A DNA stretch of 64,000 nucleotides from Octopus vulgaris (GCA_951406725.2 OX597817.1:34224001-34288000); one strand, 5' to 3'. Counted from the stretch's first letter, positions 38,088 through 51,489 are shown. Notes: generated by a model not told the origin, from the letters alone. Numbers and translations: made by a program.

Positions 38088-38491
38088 TCTTTTACTTTTT
38101 TACTTGTTTCAGTCATTTGACTGCGGCCATGCTGGAGCACCGCCTTTAGTCGAGCAAATCGACCCCGGGAACTTATTCGTTGTAAGCCCAGTCTATCAGT
38201 CTTTTTTGCCGAACCGCTAGGTGACGGGGACGTAAACACACCAGCATCGGTTGTCAAGCAATGCTAGGGGGACAAACACCGACACACAAACAAACACACA
38301 TACATATATATATATATACATATATACGACAGGCTTCTTTCAGTTTCCGTCTACCAAATCCACTCACAAGGCATTGGTCAGCCCGGGGCTATAGCAGAAA
38401 ACACTTGCCCAAGGTGCCACGCAGTGGGACTGAACCCGGAACCATGTGGTTGGTTAGCAAGCTACTTACCACACAGCCACTCCTGCGCCTA
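38088..38491 (-). mobile_element. SINE family B, full length, CpG intact
   Basis: Near-identical to 51645-52051. Confidence 0.9.
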
Positions 38492-38829
38492 TTTATTTAT
38501 TTGTTTTATTTTATTTTTTACTTGTTTCCAGTCATTTTACTGCGGCCATGTTGGGACCTCGTCTGGAAGGGTTTTAGTTGAACAAATCGACTCCAAGACT
38601 TTTTTTTTCAAAAGCCTAGTACTTATTCTATTGGACTCTTTTACCGAACCGATAAGTTACTGGGACGTAAACATATTAACACCGGTTGTCAAGTGCTGGT
38701 GGGATAGACACAAAGACACAAGCACATACATATATACATATACACATGCACATATACATATGTTGAATCATTCCCTACACTTTTCTCTCTCTCTCTCTTT
38801 TTGTCGTTCATTTATTTATTTTTTTCCTT

Positions 38830-38955
38830 TCAATCCTTTCCGTCGAAGAGCATAGGCCCGAAACGACAAAGACTTTTCCATTCTTCCTAAGCATCAAACA
38901 CCTGCTTGTTTTTCCTTCGCCTGTCGTTGTCTTTTGTTTTCTGTAAATTTGAACA
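38830..38955 (+). mobile_element. Short element with a decayed hammerhead motif
   Basis: CTTT-CCGTCGA-A-GAGC-ATAG-GCCC-GAAA-CG-AC-AAAG at 38836-38871. Confidence 0.5.
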
Positions 38956-39309
38956 GTGTGTGTGTGCGCATGCGTGCGAGACGTGTTTCTTTCAGTTTCC
39001 GTCTACAAAATCCACTCTCAAGGCTTTGGTTGGCCTGATGTGCAAGATGCTAAACAGTGGGACTGAACCTGAAACCATGTGGTTGGAAAGCAAATTATTT
39101 ACTGTCAGAGACATTATTTTGATAAATAAATGTATCCCCTCTCCATTATCTATTGAGTGCCTTGGGTTGTGGAGCGCTTTGTTTTATTTTTTTTAAAGAG
39201 AACATACACGCCACAGTTATATATATATATACACACACATAACCATACATACCAAGAGAGAGAGAGTGTTTGATGTATATTTACAATATATATATATATT
39301 TGTGTGCGT

Positions 39310-39665
39310 GACTGATAAAAAGTTTACATCCCAACCATATGGTTCCAGGTTCAGTCCCACTTCGTGGTAAATTGGGTGTCTTCTACTATATCTACTATAC
39401 CCTTGGGCTGACCAAAGGTCTCATGAGTGGGTTTGGTTGACGGAAACTGAGAGAAGCCCATTGTATATATGTGTGTCTGTGTTTTTGTTCCCCACCACCT
39501 CTTGAGAACCATTTGTTGGTTTGTCTACTCCCTGTAACTTAGCGGTTCATCAAAAGAAACCAATAGACTAAGTACCAAGGTTGATTTGTTTGACTAAAAA
39601 TTGTTCAAAGCAGTGCCCCAGCATCATCACAGTCTAATGACTGAAACTAGTAAAAGATAAAAGAT
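39310..39665 (+). mobile_element. SINE family B
   Basis: ggttcagtcccac head and tgactgaaactagtaaaaga tail. Confidence 0.8.
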
Positions 39666-39721
39666 ACATATATTATATATACTATATACTACGTATATGC
39701 ATACATTATATGTGTGTGTGT

Positions 39722-39970
39722 ATCATCATCATCATCATCATCATCATCGTTTAACGTCCGTTTTCCGCGCTAGCACGGGTTGGACGGTTTCGACCGGGGT
39801 CTGGGGAGCTCGGGACTGCCCCAGGCTCCAGTCTAGTCTGGCAGTGTTTCTACAGCTGGATGCCCTTCCTAACGCCAACCACTCCGCGAGTGTAGTGGGT
39901 GTTTTTACGTGCCACCTGCACAGGTGCCAGAGGGGTCTGGCATCGGCCACGTTCGGATGGTGCTTTTTAT
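39722..39970 (-). mobile_element. RTE 3'-UTR tail (family C)
   Basis: (CAT)n tail and Meta-like domain. Confidence 0.9.
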
Positions 39971-40357
39971 GGGGGGTGTGCAGAAATATAGGGGAGCACC
40001 AGTGGGAGGGGTGGTTCAGAGGACAGGTACTAGGCAAGTAGAACGTAGGATATCGAGAGAGGGGTAATGCATGGTGAAATAGCGTATTGAAGAGGGGGGT
40101 TCAAAGAGTAGACACCTATAATGGTGGTGGGGGGGTGCAGAAATATAGGGGAGCACCAGTGGGAGGGGTTGTTCAGAGGACAGGTTCTAGGCAAGTAGAA
40201 CGTAGGATATCGAGAGAGGGGTAAATGCATGGTGAAATAGCGTATTGAAGAGGGGGGTTCAAAGAGTAGACACCTATAATGGTGGTGGGGGGGTGCAGAA
40301 ATATAGGGGAGCACCAGTGGGAGGAGTGGTTCAGAGGACAGGTTCTAGGCAAGTAGA
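39971..40357. repeat. 157-158-bp tandem repeat, about 2.4 near-identical copies
   Basis: gcagaaatataggggagcacc at 39980, 40137 and 40295. Confidence 0.95.
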
Positions 40358-40699
40358 TATATATATATATACGAATATATAAACCATGCTAATGCCAACC
40401 CTTGTGTACAAATGAGTTACTTTGTTTTACTTCTTTGAATATTGGACCACCAAGCTGCTGGCCCTTTCTGTTTATGTAGGGAACTAGTATCAATGAGAAA
40501 ACACATGGAGTGTGTTTGGTATCAGTGAGAAAACACATGCAGACAATCACGTACACACATACATACACACACACACACACACACAAGATGGGTGTCTACC
40601 AAATTTCACTCATAAGTCACAAGTCAGCTTGAGGCTTTGGGCAATCTTCCAAGATGTTGTACAGTAGGATCAAACTCCTAATCATGTGATTATGAAACA

Positions 40700-40773
<74 letters not shown>

Positions 40774-40833
40774 GAGTTTCTTTTACTGAGACAAAAAAAA
40801 AATTCTTTTCTCTTACACTCTCTTACTCACACA

Positions 40834-40897
<64 letters not shown>

Positions 40898-41272
40898 CAT
40901 ATAAACATATATATGTTCAGCTTTGTTAACACTTATTGCCAACTACACCTTGCTTTTGGCTTTTGTGACTCTCACAAGCCATTCATCCACAGAGTATGAA
41001 ATCTTATCAATGGTTGCCTGCAGATCAATGAATGCCGGTTATTGTGGCTTGCTCATAGCTAAGAACTTCTCATCTTGTTGTTTCACATGAAAGAAAACAT
41101 CAATGGTACCCACAACCTGGCACAAACCCAAACTACGTCTCGTTTAAGCTTGTTCTTTTCATTATCAGTTGTACTTTTAAACTCATTCTGTTCTTTTCAT
41201 TTCATCCATTAGTTTTACATTGCTGTGGTTGTTTCTTTCAAGATTGTTACCTTTGCCTTTGATGATGTCACT

Positions 41273-41860
41273 GTGAAGACGCGTGGCTTGGTGGTTAGGG
41301 TATTCAGCTTATGATCGTAAGGTCATGATATCAAATATAAGGGAAACTACCACCTGTGTCATCTCTTGTGAAAGGTAGAAGAGTCCAGTTTGCTGGACAT
41401 TGTTGTAGAGCTGAAAACGAAGCAATTTATACTCTTCTCCTCTGGGTAGGATTACATCCTACCCTGATGTAATCTCCAGGGATACAGGCATCCAGCAACA
41501 GGACGTCCGTAATGCTATGATGGACCGTGAAGTCTGGCGTAGCATGGTAAATTCCATTGTCTCGACCACGGTCGAACAATGATGATGATGATGAGTTCAA
41601 TTTCTGGCGATATGTGTCCTTGAGCAAGACACTTTATTTCACATTGCTCCAGTCCACTCAGCTGGCAAAAACGAGTAGTATCTGTATTTCAAAGGGCCAG
41701 CCTTGTCACACTCTATGTCATGCTGAATCTCCCTGAGAACTACATTAGGGATACACTTACTTGTGGAGTGCTCAGCCATTTACACATTAATTTCACTAAC
41801 AGGTTTGTTCCATTGATTGGTTCAACTGGAACCCTTGTCGTCACAACCAATGGAGTGCTA
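41273..41860 (+). mobile_element. SINE family E split by a LINE 3' fragment
   Basis: Head ends ggtcatga at about 41328 and resumes atgagttcaat at about 41591. Confidence 0.85.
41335..41593 (+). mobile_element. RTEX/Proto2-like LINE 3' end
   Basis: GKLPPVSSLVKGRRVQFAGHCCRAE..MMDREVWRSMV and an (ATG)n tail. Confidence 0.8.
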
Positions 41861-42022
41861 GTTATTACGTCACTCATTGTGTTTCCTGCCTCCTGTGCTA
41901 CCTGGTTAAATATGTGAGCCTTATTTCAGTGGATATTTTTCAGCATTTCAGCTACTATTTCTGACTGTCCAGCTACTTTTTCTTCTTCCCTATTTTTATT
42001 GTGATTGTAACTGTACATTTAT

Positions 42023-42536
42023 CTGTTTCTTTATTACCCACAAGAGGCTAAACACAGAGGGGACAAACAAGAACAGACAAACGGATTAAGTCAATTACAT
42101 TGACCCCTGTGCGTAACTGGTATTTAATTTATCGACCCCGAAAGAATGAAAGGCAAAGTCGACCTCGGTGGGATTTGAACTCAGAACGTAACAGCAGACG
42201 AAATACGGCTGCGCATATCGCCCAGTGCTAACGGTTCTGCCAGCTCACCACCATAAACTGTACATTTATCACCTTCAGTAGCTAGAGCATCCTTTTAGTC
42301 TACTGGAGATATATTTCTTTACTACCCACAAGGGGCTAAGCACAGAGAGGACAAACAAGGACAGACAAAGTCGATTATATCGACCCCAGTGCGTTACTGG
42401 TACTTAATTTATCGACCCCGAAAGGATGAAAGGCAAAGTCAACCTCGGCGGAATTTGAACTCAGAACGTAACAGCAGACGAAATACGGCTACGCATTTCG
42501 CCCGGCGTGCTAATGATTCTGCCAGCTCGCCGCCTT
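42023..42536 (-). mobile_element. Two independent family A SINEs
   Basis: TSDs aactgtacatttatc and tctactggagata. Confidence 0.9.
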
Positions 42537-44787
42537 TCTCTACTGGAGATAGTCTCTCTTTCTCCTATACATTTTCCACATTCAGCAGAATTCCCTTAGT
42601 TGTATCTCCCATGCTTCTTCCTTATCTGCCTCAGTGCAGGTGAATACATATGTGTCTTTCCAAACTCATTGTTGCTCCAACAACATCTTGATTCATACTA
42701 ACACATTGCTTTGCTATCCAGAACATTTCATACTGCTTATCCTTTTATTACTTAACATTGGTAAACCTAAACCTCTAACTTGCAGCTTTTCTCTAAACTA
42801 TATAAACTTGATGTCTACCTTCTCTTCTAGCTAGCTGATGTTCTTTCTTGCTTCCACTTTTCTTCAGGTCTTTCCAGGCTTGTTTCATTGTTATTATGAC
42901 TACCTATTGTACCATTCCACCACTTTGTCATTTTCTGACTGATGCCTTGCTCCAGCCACTGACCTTGTCTGTGATTCACATTTATCTTCTATATTATAGG
43001 CACCTGTCTCCCCCTTGTCTGTATATGCCATTATCTGACCATTTCTGAACCTATGTCTTGTAGAAGGATCTTGCCATTTCCATACCTTTCTTATCCAAAT
43101 TGTCGTGTGTAGCTGAATCTAGCTCTTACTCTGAAATCACTAATGACTAGATTTTGTTGAGTGGTACATTGTTCACTGAGAAATGACTAAAGTATTCACA
43201 ATCATTTATATATTATGTATATATTTATAATTTATATTATAACATATATAGGTGTAGACGTGGTTGTATGGGAGTGGAATTCACTTTTGTGACTATTTGG
43301 TCTTAAGTTTTATCCCACTGCATGGCACTTTGAATAAGTGTCTTCTTCTTGGGTGCTGACAAATGCCTCATGAGTGAAATTAATAGTCAGAAACTGTATT
43401 GGACCCTATTGGACTCTATGACCTCTGCCACCACTACCACCGTCATCATTTTAACATCTACTTTCCATGTTTGTATAGGCCAAATGAAACTTCACCAAGG
43501 CAAATTTTTCTATTGCTAGATGCTCTTCCTGATGCTAACCTTCTTTTGTTTCCAGGCAAGGAAATAATCCCCAAACAGCCCAAACAGAATTTAGCTCAGG
43601 ATTACAAACAAATGACACCATTTGTAATGAACAATGAAGGTTTTGTTTTACATTCAGTATGTACCTATCAAGAAACCTGGATATGGTTTCAATGTGCACA
43701 GCCAACAAGTGACACCTTTTTAAATGAACAGTGAAACTTTTGTTTATAACCAGTATACGTGTAAAGATCAAAGGAATACACACTCAGTCATGCATGCACA
43801 TACACACATACGCACTGATAGTTTTCATCTACCAGTTTCACTCACAAGGTCAACCAACAGTTACAATAGAAGACACCAGCTGTCAGTGTTCACACAATGG
43901 AACCAAAACCCTAACCACATGATTCCAAAGCAAACTTCTCAACCCCACAGCCATGCTGTGAATATATTTAATCATTATCATAAAGTTGTTATTTGTAGCT
44001 GTTAGATACCATTCTAGCGATGTCTTTTAATATTCAACATTACCTGGAATATTGAAAATGCTGGAGACAGCAAAGTTACAAGCTCTGTTGTTCTGTGCTA
44101 TGCTTCATGCAGCTTAGATTGGAATGGAATATATTGGTTTTGCCTTGATTTCTCTGGATCCCTTGAAAATATTTCAGTTTAGCTGTGTAAGTAAAGGAAA
44201 AGAAAAATTAAACAGATGCCTAATCTTATCGCTTATGATACAAATATTGAGGTAGATTGTGCCATTGAAAGCTAGACTCTTTTACTTGGGGCTCAGAACA
44301 CTATTAGGAGCAAAACAAATATTGTCAATTCTTTGATCATTAAACTTATTTCTTTTGCCCTCAAGGGGCTAAACATAGAGGGAACAAACAAGGACAGACA
44401 AAGGGATTAAGTCGATTACATCGACCCCAGTGCTGATGCCACTCCGTTACATTTATCAGTATTTTATTTCATTATAGTTTTCTGGTGCTATGTTGTCTAT
44501 ATGACCTAATACTAAGATAATTCAAAGCAATTAAAACGAGTCCTAGTTTATAATTAAATTTTAATGTATTCACTTCAGTTTTTTTCGTGTCACTGTAATT
44601 GTGCAGCATTAATGAAATTTCTTTACACAGACTTTAAAGAAATTTGTTCAGTTGTCGACAGAAGGAATAAATTTTAAGACAAGAAGAAAACTGTCAACCA
44701 TTTCTTATAGACAGTAGCCTTGTCAAATGACTGAAACAAATAAAAGAATAAAGAGTGTGTGTGTATATATATATACATACCGTCATT

Positions 44788-44825
<38 letters not shown>

Positions 44826-44827
<2 letters not shown>

Positions 44828-45204
44828 TGGCACTCTGTCGGTTGCGACAATGAGAGTTCCAGTTGATCCGATCAACGGAACAGCCTGCTCGTGAAATTAG
44901 CGTGCAAGTGGCTGAGCACTCCACAGACATGTGTACCCTTAACGTATTTCTCAGAGAGATTCGGCATGACACAGTGTGACAGGGCTGGCCCTTTGAAATA
45001 CTGCTACAGCAGAAACAGAAAGAAAGAGTGAGAGAAAGTTGTGATGAAAGAGTACAGCAGGGTTTGCCACCACCCCCTGCTGGAGCCTCGTGGAGCTTTA
45101 GGTGTTTTCGCTCAATTAACACTCGCAACGCCAGGTCTGGGAATCGAAACCGCAATCCTACAACCGTGAGTCCGCTACCCTAACCACTGGGCCATTGCGT
45201 CTCC
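44826..45204 (-). mobile_element. SINE family E variant
   Basis: gggaatcgaaacc B-box; tail shared with 28837. Confidence 0.9.
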
Positions 45205-46269
45205 TATATATCTATATATATATATTATTTTACTTAATCAAGCATGTCAGTTGTAACCGTGCTGAGGTACTGCTATTAAAATTACTTCCAATAATTTATT
45301 TCCACAATCCTGTTTTTGGAGAATGAGGGCGTTTGATATTACTGCCCTTATTTGAGTTTGTTACCATTACACAGACTCATGTGGGATCTCAGATAAAAAG
45401 ATTTTCTAGGTGGCCTTTTTGAACATTTTAAAATTTATTTGTTGTTGATCTCTTAAGTTCTTAAGCAAAGTTTTGGAGAACTGTTGAAGAAGAGTTGCTA
45501 AAAAACAATAAAACATAAGAAAATATATCGCCTGTTCGTCTTTTTTTATTGCCTCATATAAAAACCTGTGACATATCCAGCTACTCACATGCAAACATAT
45601 ATTTTATGTCTTTAGTGTTTCAGACTTTTTATGTGAAACACAAAAGCAATGAAGGTTGCTACTTTGATACAGTTTTACTGTTGATAAATAGCTGAATATA
45701 TTTTTTTCATGGTATGATCATCTTTAAGGGTATGGTGAATCCATTATGTAGGAAAAACATTACTTTAGCCGGTTTGTATTTGGAAATATCTCAATAAATA
45801 TTGATGTAAATATGTATGAGAGTTCAACAATTTTGATCTTTTCTTCAAATTTCCAAAAGGCTATAATAGGATGTTGTACTTGTCTTCAAGATGGAATCTA
45901 TGCATTCTGAAAATATACACTTGTTCTATAATGGACAAATCAATTTTTATAATAGTTAATATTATCATCCTTTTAAGGCAGCGAGCTGGCAGTATCTTCA
46001 GCATGCCAGGCAAAGGTAGTTATGGAGCCATTGCAGATTTCCAATGTATGTTTGAGTCTATTTCTGGATATTTATGCTCTCGGGACTTTAACCTATATGG
46101 GTTTACACAGGATTGCACCTAAGGACTTACGGACTTCTACATGATTGGAAAGTTGAACTGTGAACTTTCATGCTTCTTTTTTCTTCTCTTTCTTCATCTC
46201 CTTATTCCTTTACTTCTGTCCTCTATGTTGTCATTTCATTAATCTATATCTTTCTCATTTTCCCTGTTT

Positions 46270-46325
46270 GTCTCTGATGACTGAATATCATATACTCTGG
46301 GATATCCCAGAAACAGATGTAAGAC
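46270..46325 (+). ncRNA. Type-I hammerhead motif with canonical core
   Basis: GTCT-CTGATGA-C-[imperfect stem II]-GAAAC-AGAT-GTA-AGAC. Confidence 0.65.
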
Positions 46326-46414
46326 TTTGAATTTTTTTTTCTCCCCAATAATAATAATGTATATGGCTTGAGATGTTTGCCTTGCCTTAATGTTTGTTGT
46401 TCTCTTTCACAATT

Positions 46415-46604
46415 GGTTCTAGGTAAATTCCACCACGGTAAATTCCATCATGGAAAATTCCACCGGGTAAATTTCACCATAGGTAAATTCCACCACGGTA
46501 TATTCCACCATGGTAAATTACACCCATGGACAGACCTCCAATATAAGCTGCTCCTGCTAATAATCACCATTGTTATTTAATGTCTGTTTGTCTCTCAAGT
46601 CTTA

Positions 46605-46646
<42 letters not shown>

Positions 46647-46656
46647 GTGAGTGAGT

Positions 46657-46695
<39 letters not shown>

Positions 46696-47486
46696 TGAGT
46701 GAGAGAGAAAGAGAGAGAGAGTGAGTCTGAAGGCGAGATAGAAAATGATCTTTATAATCTACTTGAATTGAGATGGGATTACTTTAATGTACTTTCATCG
46801 AGCAAGAATCTATGGAAAAGACTCATCACAAAATTTCAAAAATGATATAATTTGGGATAAAGAAAGAAAAGATTAAATTTTAGCACACATTTTATTATAA
46901 CAATGGGATAAAAAATAACAGTGAGTACATTGTGAAGCAGAGTTAGGATAAGAAAATTTAATTTATTAATTTTTTCTTTTCTTGCGTGGTCAAATATTGT
47001 AACATTGGGTTTATTGTTTTCTATATGGTTTGGTGTTATTACTGGGCTATCTACTAAAATCTTAACTTTTTTACTTGTTGTTACCTTTTCTATTTGCACA
47101 TTTCTGATTTTTTTTATGTTATATTGCTGTAGTATTTTTACAAAGATGATCTTGTTTTTGTCTTGTAAACACTATAATATTTTTATCTCATATTGAGTAT
47201 TTGCTTTGTTTTATAAATATCAATGGGTCTCCTTTTGATATTCCTTCTTCATTCAGGTGTTTAAAATTTTCACCATGTATTTCTTTGTATTCCATAATTA
47301 TTTTTTCTCCTTTGTATTTTTGTATTTATTGACATTATTGATATTATTTTTTATGCATTCTTTTTTTATTTCCATAAATATCGTAACCCATATAATTAAT
47401 AATAATAATAATTTCACCTCTGATGAAATTTACCGATGGTGAAATTTACCTGGTGGAATTTTCCATGGTGGAATTTACTGGTCACC
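46415..47486. mobile_element. MULE-like TIR element with cargo
   Basis: Ends built from 15-bp ggtaaattccaccac repeats in inverted orientation; 9-bp TSD ttcacaatt/ttaacaatt. Confidence 0.8.
46975..47390 (-). pseudogene. R4/NeSL-type restriction-like endonuclease region inside the MULE
   Basis: KVKILVDSPVITPNHIENNKPNVTIFDH resembles the RLE motif ILWDxxIxTDxxIxxNKPDIxxxD. Confidence 0.6.
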
Positions 47487-47504
47487 TTAACAATTATATA
47501 TATC

Positions 47505-48960
47505 ATCACTTAATGGTAGTTTTCCATGGTGACATGGGTTGGACAGTTTGATGAGCTTATTGTCTGCTTTGGCATGGTTTTCACGGCTGTATGCATTTCC
47601 TAATGCCAACTACTTTACAAAGTGTATTGGATGCGTTTAATTTTTTGTGGGACCAGCACCAGTGGGGTTACTAAGTAACTTGCAAGACAAAGATCCCTTG
47701 ACCACGAGGGAGAGTAGTATTGAGGGACTGGTCTTTGTACCAGTTGATTAGAGGTTAAAAAGTATTATAGAGAGGTAGAGATCTTGCTGTATAGGAGATG
47801 CACAGCTACACAAGTTGGAAAAGAAAGGAGAGAAAGAGAAGGAGAGAGATGGTGATGGAGATGTGTTGACAGGGACATACCGTCAAGGTACAGTGGTTGG
47901 TGAATATAAGTGATTAGACTGGTTGTGTGGGCAGTGAGATAGAGGGGCAGATTTCATAAGAGTATGAGGAGAGATGGTTAGAGATAGGGTAGAGATGTCT
48001 GTAACAAGAGATGGTGAGAGATACAGGAAAGACTTGGAGGGGAGGGTTATGATTGATATGTGAGGGCATTGAGAGTAATAGCAGAGGTGTTAAGGATGGA
48101 GTAAAGCAGAGGGGAGAGAGCAATGACTGAAAGCACAGAAGGGGGGTAATTGGTGGAAATGGTGAGTAAGGGAAGACAATAAGAAATAGGAGTGGCTCTG
48201 ATGGTCTGGGGGAAGATAACCGAAAGGCAGGGATGTAGTATATGCCTATTCTGCTGTGAGGTGATTACAGCAGCTGAGGGATGGAGGATGAGATGTGGGG
48301 GAAATGCTTGATGGAGAAGAAAGAATGGAGATGGAGCAGAGCCCTGCACATATAAGCATTACCAAAGTGGTTTTAAGATATCAATTCTGCTGTGGTGTAT
48401 AGGTCTTCTTGAGCACAGAAAGACACCAGCCATTTTGTTCCTTTGTCATTTCTTCTACAAGGCGCTTGAGATTGACCTTCAAAACTTCATCCCATGTCTT
48501 CCTGGGTCTGCCTATTCCGCAAGTTCCATCCACTTTAACCCTTTAGCGTTCAGATTATTCTGTCAAATATAATGCTTTTTCATTCACATTGTTTTGAATT
48601 AATCCTGCATTATCTTGTAGCTCTGAGAATTTGATGATGTGATGGTTTTATTTTGTGATGTCATTGTAGGATATGTATGAGAGGCCAGATCTAGATGGTT
48701 TGAACATAAAAGAAGTAGAAAATTTGGGCCGGATATGGCCAGTTTAAATGCTAAAGGGTTAAGTGATCAGTACTTCTTTATGCAACCACCCTCATTCATA
48801 TGCATTACATGACCAAACCAGCACTACATCTAATTCTTCTTATGCCTAACTTTTCTCTCAATACACTAGCACTCTGTCATACATGTACACTGACACTGCA
48901 TATCCAATAAAGCTTACTAGCCTCATTCCTCTCTAGTCTTCACATGTCGTCTGCATTTGG
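47505..48960 (-). mobile_element. RTE LINE 3' region (ORF2 end, long UTR, family C tail)
   Basis: GTCGIGRPRKTWDEV at about 48485-48530 on the minus strand; Meta-like tail at 47505-47650. Confidence 0.7.
48539..48758. mobile_element. piggyBac-like MITE inserted in the LINE
   Basis: ttaa|ccctttagc ... gctaaaggg|ttaa. Confidence 0.85.
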
Positions 48961-49174
48961 AGCCTTCAAAGTCACTCATTTTCAATATTCTCTGAAAACA
49001 TGTCTGGCCATGAGAAAATATTAACTTACTTAGAAACAGGTGAAGATTAGCAACAAGAAGGGCATCTGGCCTCAGAAAATCTGCCTCAGTAAATTCCATC
49101 TAATTCATGCAATCATGGAAAAGTAGAAGTGAAAACAATGACAATAAGGATATTATGATAATACTAGATCATCA

Positions 49175-49390
49175 CCATCATCATCGTTGTTGTCATTTAA
49201 CGTCTGCTTTCCATGCTGGCATGGGTTGGATGGTTTGACTGAGGACTGACAAGCCAGGAAGCTGCACCAGGCTCCAATTTGATCTGGCAAGGTTTCTACA
49301 GCTCGATGACCTTCCTAACACCAACCACTCCGAGTGTGTACTGGGTGCTTTTTACATGCCACCAGTACAGGAGCCAGTCCGGTAGCACTA
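49175..49390 (-). mobile_element. RTE 3'-UTR tail (family C)
   Basis: Meta-like domain. Confidence 0.85.
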
Positions 49391-50625
49391 AATGATTTAG
49401 TTAATTCTTAAACTGATATCATAAACTTTTCAGGGACAGAAAATGGAACTATCAAATTAAATTCGCCTTGATTAATCTATTTTTGTTATGACTTTAACAT
49501 AAAAACCAATACATAAACAAATAATAATTACATGAAAGGAAACCTCATGCTGATTTAATTATTATTGTTGTTACTTATTTTTAAATGCGATTTAGAAAAA
49601 TAAGACTTGATATAAATAACAATAGTAAATTGATTGGTGTCACAGAGATAAGATTATCTGCTGTTACTGATAGCTGACTGATATATCATATATTAACTGT
49701 AATGCCTCATTGAATGCATTAGAACTGACTGAAATATCATTATATGATATAACTCGTGTCTTATCCAAATAAGCACTTCCTGATTATTCTGGTTGCTTAC
49801 CATTTCTAATAACACCTTGGATTATTGATTTTACTCTGAAAAAAAAAAAAAGAAAAAGAAAACGTTTGCTTTTCCTTCTCTGAAAACAGAATCACAAAAA
49901 CCTTTTAGGTAAGGGTGGTACATTTATTACTATAAAGCATTGAGTTTCATTATATCAGTTGATGTGACAGCAACCTGCAGTTTCCATGATGTATGGATGT
50001 AACTAATGACAGTAATCCATTTGTCTTCCATTTTCCAAGCTCATTTCCAGATATCTTTATTTTAATTTGTTTATGTATTTTATGGTAGCAAGAGTGATGT
50101 AGTTGTGGACAGTTATTTCTAAAATTTTTGTACAAAGGAGGAAAAAAGAATTTCAAAGTCCTTTGGTTCATAGTTTTCATTATAATATTTTACAAACAAA
50201 TCTCATATATTTTAACCAAAATTTAGAGAAAATGTTCACTATTGGACTGCTGGGACATTTCTAAAATCCTTTTGCTTATGTAATGAGTAAAAAATAAGAC
50301 AAGCTAATAGATCTTGATTCTATTCAATCTATTTACTTTGTGTGAAAAAAAAAGCTGGTGAAGTGGATATTGCATTTGACTGTATTCTTATAGTTTGTGG
50401 GTTCAAATCTACTGCAGAAACATCTGCAGTAGATATGGATATAAACTGTTTTCATGGATGTGAAGTTAAAATGTTTGTTCTGCAACCATGTGATACCAGG
50501 TTTCACAGCACTGCACCTTCAGCAAGTGTCTTTCTGCCTTGGCTGTCAGTGTGAGTGGAATTTGGCAAATGGAAACTGAGTGGAAGCCCAGCATCTATAT
50601 ATAATATGTATATATAATATATATA

Positions 50626-51065
50626 TCATCATCATCATCATCATCATTTAGTGTCCGTTTTCCATGCTAGCATGGGTTGGACGGTTCAACTGGGGTCTGT
50701 GAAGCCAGAAGGCTTCATCAGGCCCAGTCAGATCTGGCAGTGTTTCTACGGCTGGATGCCCTTCCTAACGCCAACCACTCTGTGAGTGTAGTGGGTGCTT
50801 TTTACGTGCCACCCGCACAGGTGCCAGACAGAGCTGGCAAACGGCCACGAACGGATGGTGCTTTTACATGCCACCGGCACGGGGCCAGGCGAGGCTGGCA
50901 ACGGACACGAACGGATGGTGCTTTTACGTGCCACCAGCACGGGGGCCAGGCGAGGCTGGCAACGGACACAAACGGATGGTGCTTTTACGTGCCACTGGCA
51001 CGGGGGCCAGGTGAGGCTGGCAGCGGACACGAACGGAGGCCAGACGGGGCAGCACCGGCAACGAC
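50626..51065 (-). mobile_element. Family C tail with about 4 tandem 59-60-bp units
   Basis: Repeated cggatggtgcttttacgtgccac..ggccaggcgaggctggcaacgg. Confidence 0.9.
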
Positions 51066-51489
51066 CCCATATATATATGGGGCGGGGAGGTATGAATATG
51101 TATGGAATGGAGATAACAGAACTCCAATGAAATCATTTGTTCTCAACAGTATATTTATCCTTCTGGCTAATTTTTGATAGTTATAAAATCAAGAACTCCA
51201 TAAACTAAAGCCAGTTACTGAGAGCGACCATCAGTGAGTGTGAACGTTATTATTGCACTTTCTTCATTTCATTCTTAAACATTAAACAATTCATTGGAAA
51301 AGCCTAAAAACGAATGTTATTTGAGTGCAGTTTCCTTTTTGTGGTATTTATTTTTACAAATTCTTACAAATTCTACCTTGTCATTCTTGCTGTGAACCAG
51401 TGATTACAATTATCGTTTTTATTTAATCCTCTCTCAAAATAAAGGACTCTGGCAATTCGTCAAATGTTAATTCAGATAGATCTTTAGTG

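Larger units (their letters stand above)
40925..43130 (-). mobile_element. Old RTE LINE ORF2 interrupted by younger insertions
   Basis: FGFVPG..TIDVFFHVKQQDEKFLAMSKP..FIDL at about 41000-41150 matches RTE RT motifs; continues between the SINEs. Confidence 0.7.

Noticed and set aside
46368-46580. GKFHH-repeat peptide
   Set aside because: It is the translation of the 15-bp TIR subrepeats.
50677-51177. 166-aa repetitive ORF and CRISPR-like periodicity
   Set aside because: These are tandem 59-60-bp units of a LINE UTR with no unique spacers and no cas genes, in a eukaryotic context.
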